Shown: positions 12,880 through 26,032 of the stretch, piece by piece
How the letters are laid out: every line of letters starts with the position of its first letter
Numbering within the stretch: the first letter of the stretch is position 1
Source: Octopus bimaculoides
Lineage: Eukaryota
Direction: 5' to 3'
Length of the DNA stretch: 64,000 nt
NCBI RefSeq assembly: GCF_001194135.2
Contig: NC_068986.1
Location: forward strand, 8,696,459-8,760,458
Translations under genes and position numbers: made by a program
The notes under the pieces: model-generated
Databases searched by the model: none
What the model saw: only the letters and a program-made list of their open reading frames with translations
Told to the model about the DNA's origin: nothing

Positions 12880-13330
12880 TCTCTCTCTCTCTCTCTCTGT
12901 CATGACTCACATATACCCCCTCTCTCATTCTCTTTGTCTCCACTATACCTCTATCTAATACTACCTCTTCTCATCTCCTCCTCACTTACTCTTTCTCCTC
13001 CCCTTTCCTCCCTCTATCTCTCACTCCATAATACCTATTTATATATAGCAACTCTTGCTACCACTCTCCCCCTCCCACCTTTGCTGCTCTCCCTCTTCCC
13101 CCACTACTGCTATCTCTCTCCACCTCCCTCCTCTTGCTATCTCTCTCTCTCCTCCTCCCCTCCCTACTACCCTCAATGGCATTCCCCACTGTCATCCCAC
13201 TACCTCTCTCCTCCTCCTCCCCTCTTGTTCTCCCTCTATCTCTCTATTTCCTCTCTACATCTTTCAGTATTTAACAATTTTCTATTTCATTCTCTTAACC
13301 CCTCCCCCTCTTCCCCCCTTTCCTTTTCTG
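12880..13330 (+). repeat. CT-rich low-complexity polypyrimidine tract
   Basis: About 450 nt dominated by C and T on the + strand. Confidence 0.85.
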
Positions 13331-13559
13331 CTATAAATTTGAATCATTTAAAAATAAAAGGTCTTTTTTTCCCCCCACTTTTGAAAATGTTTTAATGTTT
13401 TGAATAATAATTTTTTGTGAATAATTTCAGAGAATGTGTGTTAAAATTACATCTAATTATTACCTTGTTTAATGTGCAAATGCACACACACACACACACA
13501 CACACACGTCAGTTTTATATTTTTATTTACAGTTGTACCATAGCACACATACACTGATA

Positions 13560-13594
<35 letters not shown>

Positions 13595-14164
13595 ATGTAG
13601 ATATGTATAAATATATATATGTGTGCATAGCTTGTAAGGCTATTTGAAGCCAAAACGCTGTGTACACAGACAAACACACGCACATGAAATTCAAAGTAAT
13701 TTTGTTTCTGGTAATGAACCACTCCTGAAAAGTTATTTGTATTTACCATTTTCTTCATGGATAAAAAAGGATGTCTTTAATTTGCCTCCTGCAATATATA
13801 ATTTCTTATTTGATGATTCATAAATAATTTCCTTATTTTCGGATTCTTTTACAAATGAACGACAAATGTTTGTAGAATTTGTTTTGTTTTGTATATTTCA
13901 TCTTGTGTGATAACCTGATGCATCTCCTACCATTGTCTTCATGGAGTTCTACAGGTTCTGCTGATCAAAAATATTCCAGTGATGATCACTCTGTTTCTTT
14001 TCAGCCATTTGTCCATTCTAATTTAAAAGGGCTTTGTTATTTGAGGGAAGTTTGGGTGCTATTTCTAGCAGGTTTAGTGACTCTGTACAGTTTCTTTCTT
14101 TCTAAATTGATGATTACTATTGGTGTTGTTTTGGGATTAACTGTGACCATGCTGGGACATAAGT

Positions 14165-14530
14165 ACAAACCCCACCTGACTTTCACACACACCTGCACGA
14201 CAGGCTTCTAGCCAGTTTCTAACGAGTCATTTGTCGATGTCAGGTTATTGTCTTGGATGTTTGCATTTGGTGCTACACACTCAACCTGGAAGACAGGTGA
14301 TTGCAGAAAGAATTTCTTAACCACACAACTCAATGGCTGTAGGTGATGTGGATGTATTTGTGTGGAATATCAGTGTGTGTGTTTAAGAACTCCATTTCCC
14401 AAACCATGTACTTTTGCATTCAGTCTGACTGTATCACACCTTGGGCAAGTATCTTCTTTTACAACTCGAGCCAACCAAAATCTTGTGAATGGATTTAATA
14501 GAAAGCGAAAGAAGCTCATTGCACGTAATA
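14165..14530. mobile_element. Two degenerate family B SINE heads, head-to-head
   Basis: Minus copy about 14165-14325 (ttcttaaccacacaact); plus copy about 14375-14530 (caccttgggcaagtatcttc...ttgtgaatggattt). Confidence 0.5.
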
Positions 14531-14625
<95 letters not shown>

Positions 14626-15100
14626 AAATATATATATTTGTGTCTCCCTTTCACACGATAGATGTAGACAAGTGTCACTGTCATACAAGTGGTTCCAGTT
14701 GTTTCCTATTTTCAATAAAAACATATTCTGCCATGGGAGAAATATGGCTTGTAAACAGGGTTTAATGACTGGAAGGCATTTTGTGTGTGTATGTGCGTGT
14801 GTGCTATGTCCCCCCCCATTCTCTTCAATGACTTCCTAGAGAGATGTTCATGAGCCCCATGTGGGTGCCATCAGCACCAGAGGAAAGAATGTTACAAATT
14901 TTTGGGGTTTATTGATGACGTTAATTGATTGGTGGGAAGAGGAATTGATTGATCGAGCTTCCAAGTTGGGGTGGGTGGGTAGGAATTCAGGGCTGCAAAC
15001 ACCAAACTCATGATATATGCCAATGGTACTATCTGAACCAATATCCCTGTACAAGGACAGAGCCTAGAGATTAGGGCAGCAATTCACATGCCTGGTGGTA

Positions 15101-15318
15101 ATGACGATAATTTCAAATTTTAGCACAAGGCCAGCAAGTTTGAGGGAAGGGCTAAGTCAATGGCATTGACCCCAGTGCTCAACTGGTATGTCTTTCATTG
15201 ACTCCCAAAAGGATGAAAGGCAAAGTTGACCTCAGCAGAATTTGAACTCAGAACATTAGGATGGACAAAATGTTAAGTATTTTGCCTGCCATCCTAACAA
15301 TTCTACCAACTTGCTGTC
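15101..15318 (-). mobile_element. SINE family A
   Basis: ggatgaaaggcaaagttgacctcagcagaatttgaactcagaac is the reverse complement of the family body and B-box. Confidence 0.8.
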
Positions 15319-16224
15319 ATTCTTGGTGGTAATAATGATAAAGAATCAAGGTGCGAAGCCCTTAGGAGACTGGCACAGACAGACAGACAGACAATGGTTA
15401 TATGAACAACTCCAGTTAGTACGGAGAGGCAGGAGTGTCATCATGGGACATGTACTCAGATTCCTGCATACACTGGCACTCTCTCTATCTCTATCGCTTC
15501 CTCTGCCTGTGGCACAAGGACTAGAGGATGATGCAAACATTGCAAATAAGCTGTTTATTACAACACTTTAGCACATCTTGTACCTAGACTAGATCAGAAA
15601 TGATATGGTTCCTCAAATTATCCAACGTTGGCTGTTGTGAAGAGTTTCTCATAACAGGATAAGGAAAAAAGAAAGCTGAGGTGGTAGGGTCATGTAACAA
15701 GATCCTGTGGTTTTGCAGAAATAATTCTTCAAGGAACCACGGAAAGAGAAAAGAACTGAAGTGGACAGAGGATAGGATGGGTGGATAATATTAAAGAATG
15801 GGCAGCTCTGATATACAACCATATCAGGGACAGAAAAACTAGTGTACAATATATTACAATGGTCTACTTATAGCTACATTGCAAGTTGAGGATCTGTGTC
15901 AAGCCGTGTGTGCGCGTGTTTGCAAGATTTTGAGAGGGAATTCAGATGGTAACTAAAATTTCTGGACTCTCACATTTTTTTTTTTTTTAGAAACAAAAAA
16001 GAAATGTGGCAGCTCTATTGATGCAGGAGAAAACATTTCTTTCTAATTCTAAATGAAGATAATTTTCTTACCATATCTTCGAATTAGTAAACAAACTTCC
16101 TTGTTTCTTGGCTGATACCTCAAACTTGTTCTGCTATCACACATTGTGTTGTGTAACACATTAAGATTCTAGTTAGACTTATTCAAGCAAAAATGAAATA
16201 AAATATTATTATTATTATTATTTG

Positions 16225-16451
16225 GGATGGTGAGCTGGCAGAATTGTTACTGCATCAGGCAAAATGCTGGGCCGCATTTCATCCATGCTTGCTTTTTGAG
16301 TACAAAATTCACTGAGGTCAACTTTACCTTTCATCCTCTCTGGGGTTGATAAAGTACCAGTTAAGTACTAGAATTCATGTAATTGACTACTCCCTCCCCC
16401 AAATTTTCTGGCCTTGTGCCAAAATTTGAAATCAGCATCATTATTATTATT
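16225..16451 (+). mobile_element. SINE family A
   Basis: ggtgagctggcagaattgtta head; ggccttgtgccaaaatttgaaa and (att)n tail. Confidence 0.8.
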
Positions 16452-17142
16452 AAGTGTTGGGGTTTGTGGTTAATGCATTTTCATAAAGTTTATTTTTAAT
16501 TATAGAAAATAGTTTATAGGATTATGTCTTAGTAGGAAAGTCTAAAGATGTTTGCACTGGTAACTTTGTAACTCTTTTTTCTTCTTTGGTATTGAGTTTG
16601 TATTTAAATTGCGATGCATAAAATTAAATAGTTTTAAACAGGGAAAACTGAATTAATTTTATAAATGTTGTTTGAAAGTATTGGCTTTGTATGTCCATTA
16701 TTTTGTACCACTTCTATACTCTTTGACACAAACCTAATATTCTCAAATGATTTGGAACATTTGTCTAACATTCCATTTAATGTTTTATTAATGACTTTTA
16801 TTTAGTAATTCAATTTGAATAAGTTAGTTTTAATTTAATAAGTCAATTTAGTAATAGAAGGAAGGAAGAGCTGGTAATTATCCATTGTTGATGTAATTAT
16901 AAAGCAAAAGTGATATGGCATTTTTCTAGGCCAGGATTATAAGTGCCAAAAATATGGTATGTCTACAAGTGTTTTGGTAGTAAAAAAATTGTTGACATCA
17001 ATGAATTATATGTTGTACCTGTTTGTTGTAGTTATAAACTAGTTTAGATTTATTGACAAAATTCTTGTCTTCATTTCTGTTATTTCCAAAACCTTATTAC
17101 AATATTTTGAAATTTTTCTTTATAATGGATATATATATATAT

Positions 17143-17525
17143 TTGTGGTGGCACTCTGTCGGATATGACGACAAGGGTTCCAGTTGAATGGATCAATGGA
17201 ACAGCCTGCTCGTGAAATTAATGTGCAAGTGGCTGAGTACTCCACAGACACGTGTACCCTTAACGTGGTTCTCGGGGGGGGGGGGGAGATTCAGCGTGAC
17301 ACAGAGTGTGACAAGGCTGGCCCTTTGAAATACAGGTACAACAGAAACAGGAAGAAAGATTGAAAGTTGTTGTGAAAGAGTACAGCAGCCTCCCTCCCCC
17401 CTTCCCCCAGCCTCATGGGGCTTTAGGTGTTTTCGCTCAATAAACACTCACAGCAGCCAGTCTGGGAACCAAAACCGTGATCCTACGAATCTGCTGCCCT
17501 AACCACTGGGCCATTGTGCCTCCAC
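17143..17525 (-). mobile_element. SINE family E, apparently full length
   Basis: Minus-strand tRNA-like head gtggaggcacaatggcccagtggttagggcagcag...; body matches the + copy at 54348-54612. Confidence 0.8.
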
Positions 17526-19639
17526 ACATACACACATATATNNNNNNNNNNNNNNNNNNNNNNNNNNNNNNNNNNNNNNNNNNNNNNNNNNNNNNNNNNN
17601 NNNNNNNNNNNNNNNNNNNNNNNNNNNNNNNNNNNNNNNNNNNNNNNNNNNNNNNNNNNNNNNNNNNNNNNNNNTTGATTATACATAATTTCTGTTTTTG
17701 TAAATTGCCCTTCCCTTCGTTTCTGTTTATTTATGCAAGAGATTTTTAGTGTTTCTCTGCAAATATTAATGTTCCAATGAAGAGCTTATTTACTTTTTTG
17801 AATTTTCCGAAGTTTAGAATTGTGGTCTGTTAAATTTCATGGTTTTTAAATTCTTACTATAATTATTTATTAGGTATATTTGAAAGCTTAAAATATTTAA
17901 AACAAGTTAATGGGATTCATTTAGTTTTCATTACAAATTGGTTGTAAATCTTTAGAAATTGGACACAAAAAAGTAAACTGTTCCGAATGTTACATTTTAA
18001 CCTGATTGGTTGATGAAATAAATTCCCTGGCATCCCTTATTTCAGATCTTGACGAAGAAATCTGGAGTAAATAAGAGTCAACAGGAGACAAGATTTCTGG
18101 ATTTAAGTCTGGTTCCTCTCTGTTGATGTTGTCGCAGAAACCATATGGAAATTTAAAAAAAAAAAACAATTTTAAAATTTCTTCATGAAATACTCCTGGT
18201 ACAGATTCTGAATCTGTTGCTAAATCTTCCTTGATCCTAATACCTTTGGATTATAGGATAAAAGCTAGTGTGACAGCAAAATACAACCTAAAATTCCAAC
18301 TGTCTGTACATCCAGAGGAGCAGCTAAATCTTCTAAACCTGTGGAGGATATTTCTGTTACCATTGGAACTACTTTCCAGTTGATTTATTGTTTTGAATAA
18401 GAAGGGGAATGAAGCAGCATGGAATTAACAAATTGGAAGTGGTTACTTGAGTTGGAATATTTTGCCAATGAGATGAGTTCTTTTCACATGGATTAATAAC
18501 AATAATACCAAGAGATGAAATGGAAAACCTACTTTTACTAAACCAAATTCTTCTTTACAAAAGGATTTTATATTCTGTGCGTTTCTCTATCTTGGTCTCG
18601 TTGACTGATCCACTTGAAAGGATATAAACTAACAAAGTGGCTCCAATTGGCCAATTTCAGTTTTGAAATTTCCTCCAGTGAAGAGAGAAATCATAGTATT
18701 TACTATATATGGCATCTGAATTCCATTTCCCTTACACACACACACACACACCAAAAAAAAAGACACAGGAAAAAAAAAACAAAGCCATCTCTCGAGATAA
18801 TACCTCATATTTACTCATCAGTGAATTGATTGGTTGTTAGGGACGATGACAGGGAATCTCCTATATTCAACATCTTCCCATTTGCACCTGTCAAACAGGT
18901 GCTTCACTAATGGAATTTTACGTTTTATTTATTTATTTATCCTCTTAGAAAAAACAACAAAAACTCTTGCAAGATCAGCACAAACATTCAATTTGTGTTT
19001 AGACTGTCCAATTTGCAACAAACACTACTTTATTAAAAATGACTTATTTATAAACTTAATTATGTGGGAGATGGAGGGGGAACATTACCACCGCCAACAA
19101 CAACAACAACGGAACTTGGGGTAAAAATATTTCGGCCAACTTTAGACTATTTAATTACATTTGATAATTATTGTGTGGGTGGGAGTAATTAAAATAAATG
19201 AATAAATAAAATTCTGCTGATGCCTGTTAAAAATTCCTAACGAATTCCTAAAAAAAAAAAATCTAACTTCAAGGTTCTTGGAGATGTACAACAGGAATAT
19301 TTACAATAAAACCATATTTGAATTTGATTAAACCGTTTAGTTCTATTATTTTTTTTTCTTCCCTCCCAACAAAAACTTCCAGAATTTTATTTTCTCCATT
19401 TCTCAGTATTTACTCTGAAACTTATTGATAAGAGTAAAGAAGTCATTGGTGATAATCAATAATATTATTTCTTACTTACCATTGAGGGAATAATACTGAA
19501 TAGCTTTCCAAATTGACGGGTCACATTGGATGGGGAGACATAAGAGGCACAGGCCCTAACTTCACTGGAATCTTTTGATTTCTGAAATTGTAAGACTTCT
19601 GAAGAACTGTGGTTCTCTGTTGCATGATTCCTGTCTGTT

Positions 19640-20033
19640 ATCTTCTACTTGTTTCAGTCAATTGATGTGGCCATGCTGGGGCACTATCTTAAAAGATTTT
19701 TAGTTGAACAAATTGACCCCAGCACTCTTTTTTTTTTTAAAGCCTGGTACTTATTCTGTCAGTTTTGTTTTGTTGAACTGCTAAGTTATGGGGATGTAAA
19801 CGCTCCAATACTGGTTGTAAAGTGGTAGTGGGGGACAAACATGCATTAACACACACACAATACACAATACACAACGGGCTTCTTTCAGTTTCTGTCTACC
19901 AAATGCACTCACAAGGCTTTTGTTGGCTCAAAGCTATAGTAGAAGACACTTACCCAAAGTGGTACTGAAACCGGGACCATGTGGTTGAGAAGCAAACTTT
20001 TTACCACTCAACCATACCTGCACCTAACTTCTT
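19640..20033 (-). mobile_element. SINE family B (tRNA-like head plus ...gaaacaagta tail)
   Basis: Shares tacttgtttcagtca, ggccatgctggggcac, tagtagaagacactt and ggaccatgtggttgagaagcaaac with the + copy at 36772-37150. Confidence 0.8.
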
Positions 20034-20329
20034 ACCACATGGCCATGTTACATCTGATTATATTTAAAACTCCCTGGCAAATACCAAACGTGATATCAAG
20101 TTCTCTAAGTGTGTCTATCTAATGGTGCCAATAGGTTTTGGTACTATTTTTTTAATTTTTTTTTTTTTACAAAAAATAGCAAAAAGTTGGTTTCTACATG
20201 GAATATTTTGCCAAAGTATGGCAAAATACTGGGCTTACTGACATTTACTTATTTATATACTAAGAAAAATAGCTTTGGTAGAATTGGGAATTTTTTTTTT
20301 ATAATTAAGAAAAATAGCCATAACTGTTA

Positions 20330-20482
20330 GCTCTCTCTCTCTCTCTCCTCTCTATCTCTCTCTCTCCTCTTTATCTCTCTCTCCTCTCTATCTCTCTCTC
20401 TCCTCTCTATCTCTCTCTCTCCTCTCCATCTCTCTCTCTCCTCTCTATATCTCTCTCTCACCTCTCTATCTCTCTCTCTCAC
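20330..20482. repeat. Compound (CT)n minisatellite with ~18-20-nt period
   Basis: Repeating ctctctctctcctctctat units. Confidence 0.85.
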
Positions 20483-20810
20483 ACAGTATTTGGGGATTAT
20501 AATTTATTTTCAAAATGCTTTTAGAGTGTTTTTATTACTAAGTACCTCCCCATCACACCACCACCTTTATTTCACTTGAAGTTAATGTTATTAGTCTTCC
20601 AGTTTATCTTCAGAATTTGTCAATTAACTTATGGACCAATTAATTTGTTTATTGGACACATGAAATATAGATGTCAGCAATTTCAGTTAAGGAATATTGT
20701 TTACCTGTTTGAGATGAGTTTCTTGGCATTTTCCCACTTAAAGAACAGATCAGATTGTCTTCCCATCCACACTCTCTCTTTCTGTCTATTGTCTGTCTGC
20801 CTGCCTGTTC

Positions 20811-20870
<60 letters not shown>

Positions 20871-21659
20871 NNNNNNNNNNNNNNNNNNNNNNNNNNNNNN
20901 NNNNNNNNNNNNNNNNNNNNNNNNNNNNNNNNNNNNNNNNNNNNNNNNNNNNNNNNNNNNNNNNNNNNNNNNNNNNNNNNNNNNNNNNNNNNNNNNNNNN
21001 NNNNNNNNNNNNNNNNNNNNNNNNNNNNNNNNNNNNNNNNNNNNNNNNNNNNNNNNNNNNNNNNNNNNNNNNNNNNNNNNNNNNNNNNNNNNNNNNNNNN
21101 NNNNNNNNNNNNNNNNNNNNNNNNNNNNNNNNNNNNNNNNNNNNNNNNNNNNNNNNNNNNNNNNNNNNNNNNNNNNNNNNNNNNNNNNNNNNNNNNNNNN
21201 NNNNNNNNNNNNNNNNNNNNNNNNNNNNNNNNNNNNNNNNNNNNNNNNNNNNNNNNNNNNNNNNNNNNNNNNNNNNNNNNNNNNNNNNNNNNNNNNNNNN
21301 NNNNNNNNNNNNNNNNNNNNNNNNNNNNNNNNNNNNNNNNNNNNNNNNNNNNNNNNNNNNNNNNNNNNNNNNNNNNNNNNNNNNNNNNNNNNNNNNNNNN
21401 NNNNNNNNNNNNNNNNNNNNNNNNNNNNNNNNNNNNNNNNNNNNNNNNNNNNNNNNNNNNNNNNNNNNNNNNNNNNNNNNNNNNNNNNNNNNNNNNNNNN
21501 NNNNNNNNNNNNNNNNNNNNNNNNNNNNNNNNNNNNNNNNNNNNNNNNNNNNNNNNNNNNNNNNNNNNNNNNNNNNNNNNNNNNNNNNNNNNNNNNNNNN
21601 NNNNNNNNNNNNNNNNNNNNNNNNNNNNNNNNNNNNNNNNNNNNNNNNNNNNNNNNNNN

Positions 21660-21707
<48 letters not shown>

Positions 21708-21708
21708 T

Positions 21709-21743
<35 letters not shown>

Positions 21744-22440
21744 TATGCGATCTTTCTTTCATTCTCTCTCTCTCTAGCGCACGCACACACACACACACCC
21801 ACCCACACTCTGTCTGCCTGTCTCTCTTGCACTAAGTAACATTTCGCTGTGCTGAAGCCAGTTCTACAATGGATGAGTTTCCCATCTGTTTATTCAGCTG
21901 AATCTCAGCCAAGCTATTCAACAGAATCTGAAACCAATTTTTGTGGAACTGATTAGCCATAAACTCTTCATAGTCTAACCTACGTCTGTCAGCATTGGTA
22001 ATGCACTCATGAAGAAATTAATAGAAGAACAATGTTTTGAAAATTAATTACTCTGGTTTAATAATACTTTTTCTTAAGATCTGAGGTGTCTGCATAACTT
22101 TTTTGCCTTTTGGTAGGAATTTATTCTTTTAAGAGTATCTTTGGAAATAGTTTTGCATTGGATTTCTTCTGTATTTCTATCTTGGAGACTTTGCTAGTTG
22201 TTAAATGGGAAAGCTTTCATTGTTTGATTATTGTCCATTTTACCATTCCTACTTTTCCTCATCTGGTGATAAGCTGATGGAGTTGTAGTTATTGCAGTGT
22301 ATTGTTTGTAGTCGGGGAGATTCCAAGCCATTTACTTTGAATGCTTTGCTTTGAAATCCGGTTGGATGCTGCTTGTTGAACGGATGGTATTTCTGTGTAA
22401 GAGAATGGAATAAAAAAAAATCTTAGATGATCAGATCAGT

Positions 22441-22623
22441 TATCCTTTTACTTGTTTCAATCATTAAACTGTGGCCATGTTGGGGCAGTGCCTCGAAAAA
22501 TTTTAGTCCAACAGATTGACTGCAGTACATTTTTTTAAGCTTGGTACCTATTCTGTTGGTCTCTTTTGCTGAACTACTATGTTATATGAATGTAAACTTG
22601 CCAACACTGCTTGTCCAGCAGAG

Positions 22624-22625
<2 letters not shown>
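22441..22625 (-). mobile_element. SINE family B tail
   Basis: ttttacttgtttcaatcattaaactgtggccatgttggggcag... Confidence 0.7.
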
Positions 22626-22677
<52 letters not shown>

Positions 22678-23143
22678 GATTGATACACAAGTACTATAAT
22701 CTTTTTAGGATCTCGAAAAAATTTTTCAAGAACCTTCTGATTCTTTTAATGTGCTAGTTTCCTGGTATTAAATTGATATTAATTAATACCGAATTTTTAC
22801 CNNNNNNNNNNNNNNNNNNNNNNNNNNNNNNNNNNNNNNNNNNNNNNNNNNNNNNNNNNNNNNNNNNNNNNNNNNNNNNNNNNNNNNNNNNNNNNNNNNN
22901 NNNNNNNNNNNNNNNNNNNNNNNNNNNNNNNNNNNNNNNNNNNNNNNNNNNNNNNNNNNNNNNNNNNNNNNNNNNNNNNNNNNNNNNNNNNNNNNNNNNN
23001 NNNNNNNNNNNNNNNNNNNNNNNNNNNNNNNNNNNNNNNNNNNNNNNNNNNNNNNNNNNNNNNNNNNNNNNNNNNNNNNNNNNNNNNNNNNNNNNNNNNN
23101 NNNNNNNNNNNNNNNNTATATATATATATATATATATATATAT

Positions 23144-23504
23144 GAGGCAAAGTGGCTGAGTTCCTTTTGAGTGTTGGGCCTCACGAAAGGCAATAATTAA
23201 TACCTTTGGCATTATGTTGTGCTTGAGACGATCCATCAAGCTGGGCAATATTGCAGTCGTGGCAGATACCGGTGCCATGCAAATTGGCATCCGTGCTGGT
23301 GTCACGTAAATGCATCCCAATGTCCTGTAAATGGCACCTGTGCCGGTGGCATGTAAAAGCACCCATTACATTCTCAGAGTGATTGGCATTAGGAAGGGCA
23401 TCCATTTGTAGAAAGCCATGCCAAATCAGCCTTCCAGCAGCCTTCCAGGTCGAACCGACCAACTCACGCCAGCATAGACAGCAAATGTTAAATGATGATG
23501 ATGA
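23144..23504 (+). mobile_element. SINE family C (tail ending ...gttaaatgatgatg)
   Basis: gagtgttgggcctcacg...ggtggcatgtaaaagcacccattac...aggaagggcatcc...(gat)n. Confidence 0.8.
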
Positions 23505-23517
23505 CACACACACACAC

Positions 23518-23666
23518 GTTCTCTCAGTTTCCATCTATGAAATTCACTAAAAAAGCTTTGGTTAGTCTCAAGCTGCAGTAGAAGACACTTGCCTAAATTG
23601 CCATGGAGTGGGACTGAACCAGGAACCATGTGGTCAGGAAGCAAACTTCTTACCACACAGCCATGC
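23518..23666 (-). mobile_element. SINE family B head
   Basis: gggactgaaccaggaaccatgtggtcaggaagcaaacttcttaccacacagcc. Confidence 0.75.
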
Positions 23667-24050
23667 TTTAGCACAAAGGTTTTGATTGGTCAAAACAGTT
23701 TCCCCATGGAAACTTAGGTTCCACTCCTCAGCTTTGGATGACGCAACTTGCGATATTTGGTGGACTTTGCAATATGTTTGTGAATTTTACTTGAAATAGC
23801 AATGATTATATTCTTATTCAGGATTCACCATTTTTCATGGAGCTTTTGGTTTCTTAGGCACATCAGTTAATTGCTTCTATAGATGGTAAAAGAAAGAAAT
23901 GGAAGTCTGTTTGTTTGGCACCACTATCTCCATTTCCGACCCTTATAATCATTTTATTGTTTTCTGTCTGAAAATGTTGTACTGATCTCAGATAAGATCC
24001 TGATTTCCCCCTCTCCCTTATTTCAAGGAAAATTCTTTTATCTTCATCAC

Positions 24051-24243
24051 CATCATCATCATCACTTGATAATATCTGTTTTCCATGTTGGTATGGGTTG
24101 GATGGTTTGACAGTTGCTGGCAAAGCTGGAGAGCTGCACCAAGCTTCAATTGTCTGTTTTGGCAAGGGTTCTACAGCTGGGTGCTCTTTCTAATGCCACC
24201 CACTTCGCAATGTGTACTGGGTGCTTTTTACATGGCACTGTGT
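24051..24243 (-). mobile_element. SINE family C tail
   Basis: (cat)n...tttccatgttggtatgggttggatggtttgac...gggtgctttttacatggcac. Confidence 0.75.
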
Positions 24244-24752
24244 AATGATATTGAACTGGCCTTAATACTTAATCAATATTGTTGTTGTTAAGTCACATTT
24301 CATTTCTTATTAATCAGACTCATCAAAATCAGCCAGACCATGATTGTACCATTTATATTACAGAGAGAGGCACAGTTCCCCGTGTCTTTTTTTTTTGTTT
24401 GTTTAGATGGTTCTTTGTGGAAGATTTAGTTTCTTTTTTTGTTTTAATCAGGTTGAGCGACCAGATGAAAGCTCTCTTTAATTAGACTCATTAGAACCTT
24501 CCACTGAATCGAGTGGTTTTTTTTTTTTCAGTTTCTTTAGCTGTGGTTATAGGCTTTAGATATGTGTTTCAGATTTTAAAGATGAGCAGGTACTGGATGG
24601 TTGAGGAAGGTTTAGCTACAATGTTTAATCAGTTGACACAACCCACCCTTGCTACTTTCAACCATTTCTTTTATATGAAAGTTTTAAGATTTAATATTGT
24701 CAGTTTATTCAGTATTTGGAAATGTTTCCGTTATAAATATTGACATTATTCA

Positions 24753-24976
24753 TAATAATAATAATAATAGTTTCAAATGTTTCTACAAGGGCAGCAATTT
24801 TGGGGGAGGGGATGATTACATTGACCCCAGTGTTCAACTGGTACTTAGTTTACTGACCCTGAAAGGATGAAAGGCAAAGTCAACCTTGGCAGAATTTGAA
24901 CTCAGAACATAAAGATAGACACAATGCATGCTAAGCATTTTGCCTGGCATGATAACAGTTCTGCTAGCTTGCTGCC

Positions 24977-24978
<2 letters not shown>
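24753..24978 (-). mobile_element. SINE family A
   Basis: (aat)n tail, then gaaaggatgaaaggcaaagtcaaccttggcagaatttgaactcagaac. Confidence 0.8.
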
Positions 24979-25013
<35 letters not shown>

Positions 25014-25029
25014 TAATTTTATTTGGCGA

Positions 25030-25319
25030 CCTTACTGGTGCCACATAAAAAGCTCTCAGGCCACACTGAAAAGTGGTTGGCATTTGGAAGGGCATCCAGC
25101 TGTAAAAACCTTGCCAAAAACTGACCTCACCTGTGTTTGTGCCATGTAAAAAGCACTCAGTCCACTCTGCTGGGTGGTTAGGGTTAGGAAGGGCATCCAG
25201 CCATAAAAAAACCATATCAAAGCAGACAGAGAAGTCTGGTGCAGTCTTCCTCTTAACCAGCTCCTCTCAAACCATCCAACCCAGGCCAGTATGGAAGGCG
25301 GAAGTTAAATGATGATGAG
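25030..25319 (+). mobile_element. SINE family C tail with internal duplication
   Basis: Two successive aaaaagc...ggaagggcatccagc blocks; ends gttaaatgatgatg. Confidence 0.75.
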
Positions 25320-25347
25320 GATAATAATGTAATAACAATATAATTCT

Positions 25348-25524
25348 TACATTATTTACATTTGACGGATATTTGTCCTCATCTTGTTTGTTGTTGACAC
25401 GTTTCGACTGATATACCCTTCAGCCTTCATCAGGTGTCTTGGGGAAATTTCGAACCTGGGTTCGAAACATTGTGTTAACAACAAACAAGATGAGGACAAA
25501 TATTCGTCAAATGTAAATAATGTA
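25348..25524. repeat. Fold-back inverted repeat made from the family F SINE tail
   Basis: Arms 25348-25407 and 25462-25524 are complementary except for 2 substitutions and a 3-nt indel; 54-nt loop. Confidence 0.93.
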
Positions 25525-25560
25525 CATAATTCTTCATCTCTTAAATATAGAACTGTAATA

Positions 25561-26001
25561 TAATTCTTTCTACAACAGGCACAAGGCCTGAAGGGGGTTT
25601 GGTTGATTGCATTCACCCCAGTACTTGACCAATACTTACTTTTTTGACCTAAAAAGGATGAAAGGCAAAGTTGACCTTGGCAGCATTTGAACTTAGAACA
25701 TAATGACATAAAGATGGTCGAAATACTGTTTGACATTTTGTCTGGCATGCTAATTACTCTGCCATCTTTCCTCAATAATAATAATAATCCTTTCTACTGG
25801 AAGCACAAGGCCTCAAATTTGGGGGAAGGGATTAAGTTAATTACATTGACCCCAGTGTGTAGCTGGTACTTAATTTATCAATCCCGAAAGGATTAAAAGG
25901 TAAAGTCAACCTTGGTGGAATTTGAACTCAGAACAAAGCAGTAGATGAAATACTGCTAAGCATTTTGCCTGGCGTGCTAACGATTCTACCAGCTCACCAC
26001 C

Positions 26002-26032
<31 letters not shown>

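Noticed and set aside
17274-17286. G13 run as a G-quadruplex element
   Set aside because: A homopolymer expansion inside a SINE copy, absent from the other copy.
18046-18075. Good-looking acceptor (cccttatttcAG) giving an alternative last exon DLDEEIWSK*
   Set aside because: Such AGs are expected by chance in 36 kb, and I saw no canonical poly(A) signal nearby or other support.
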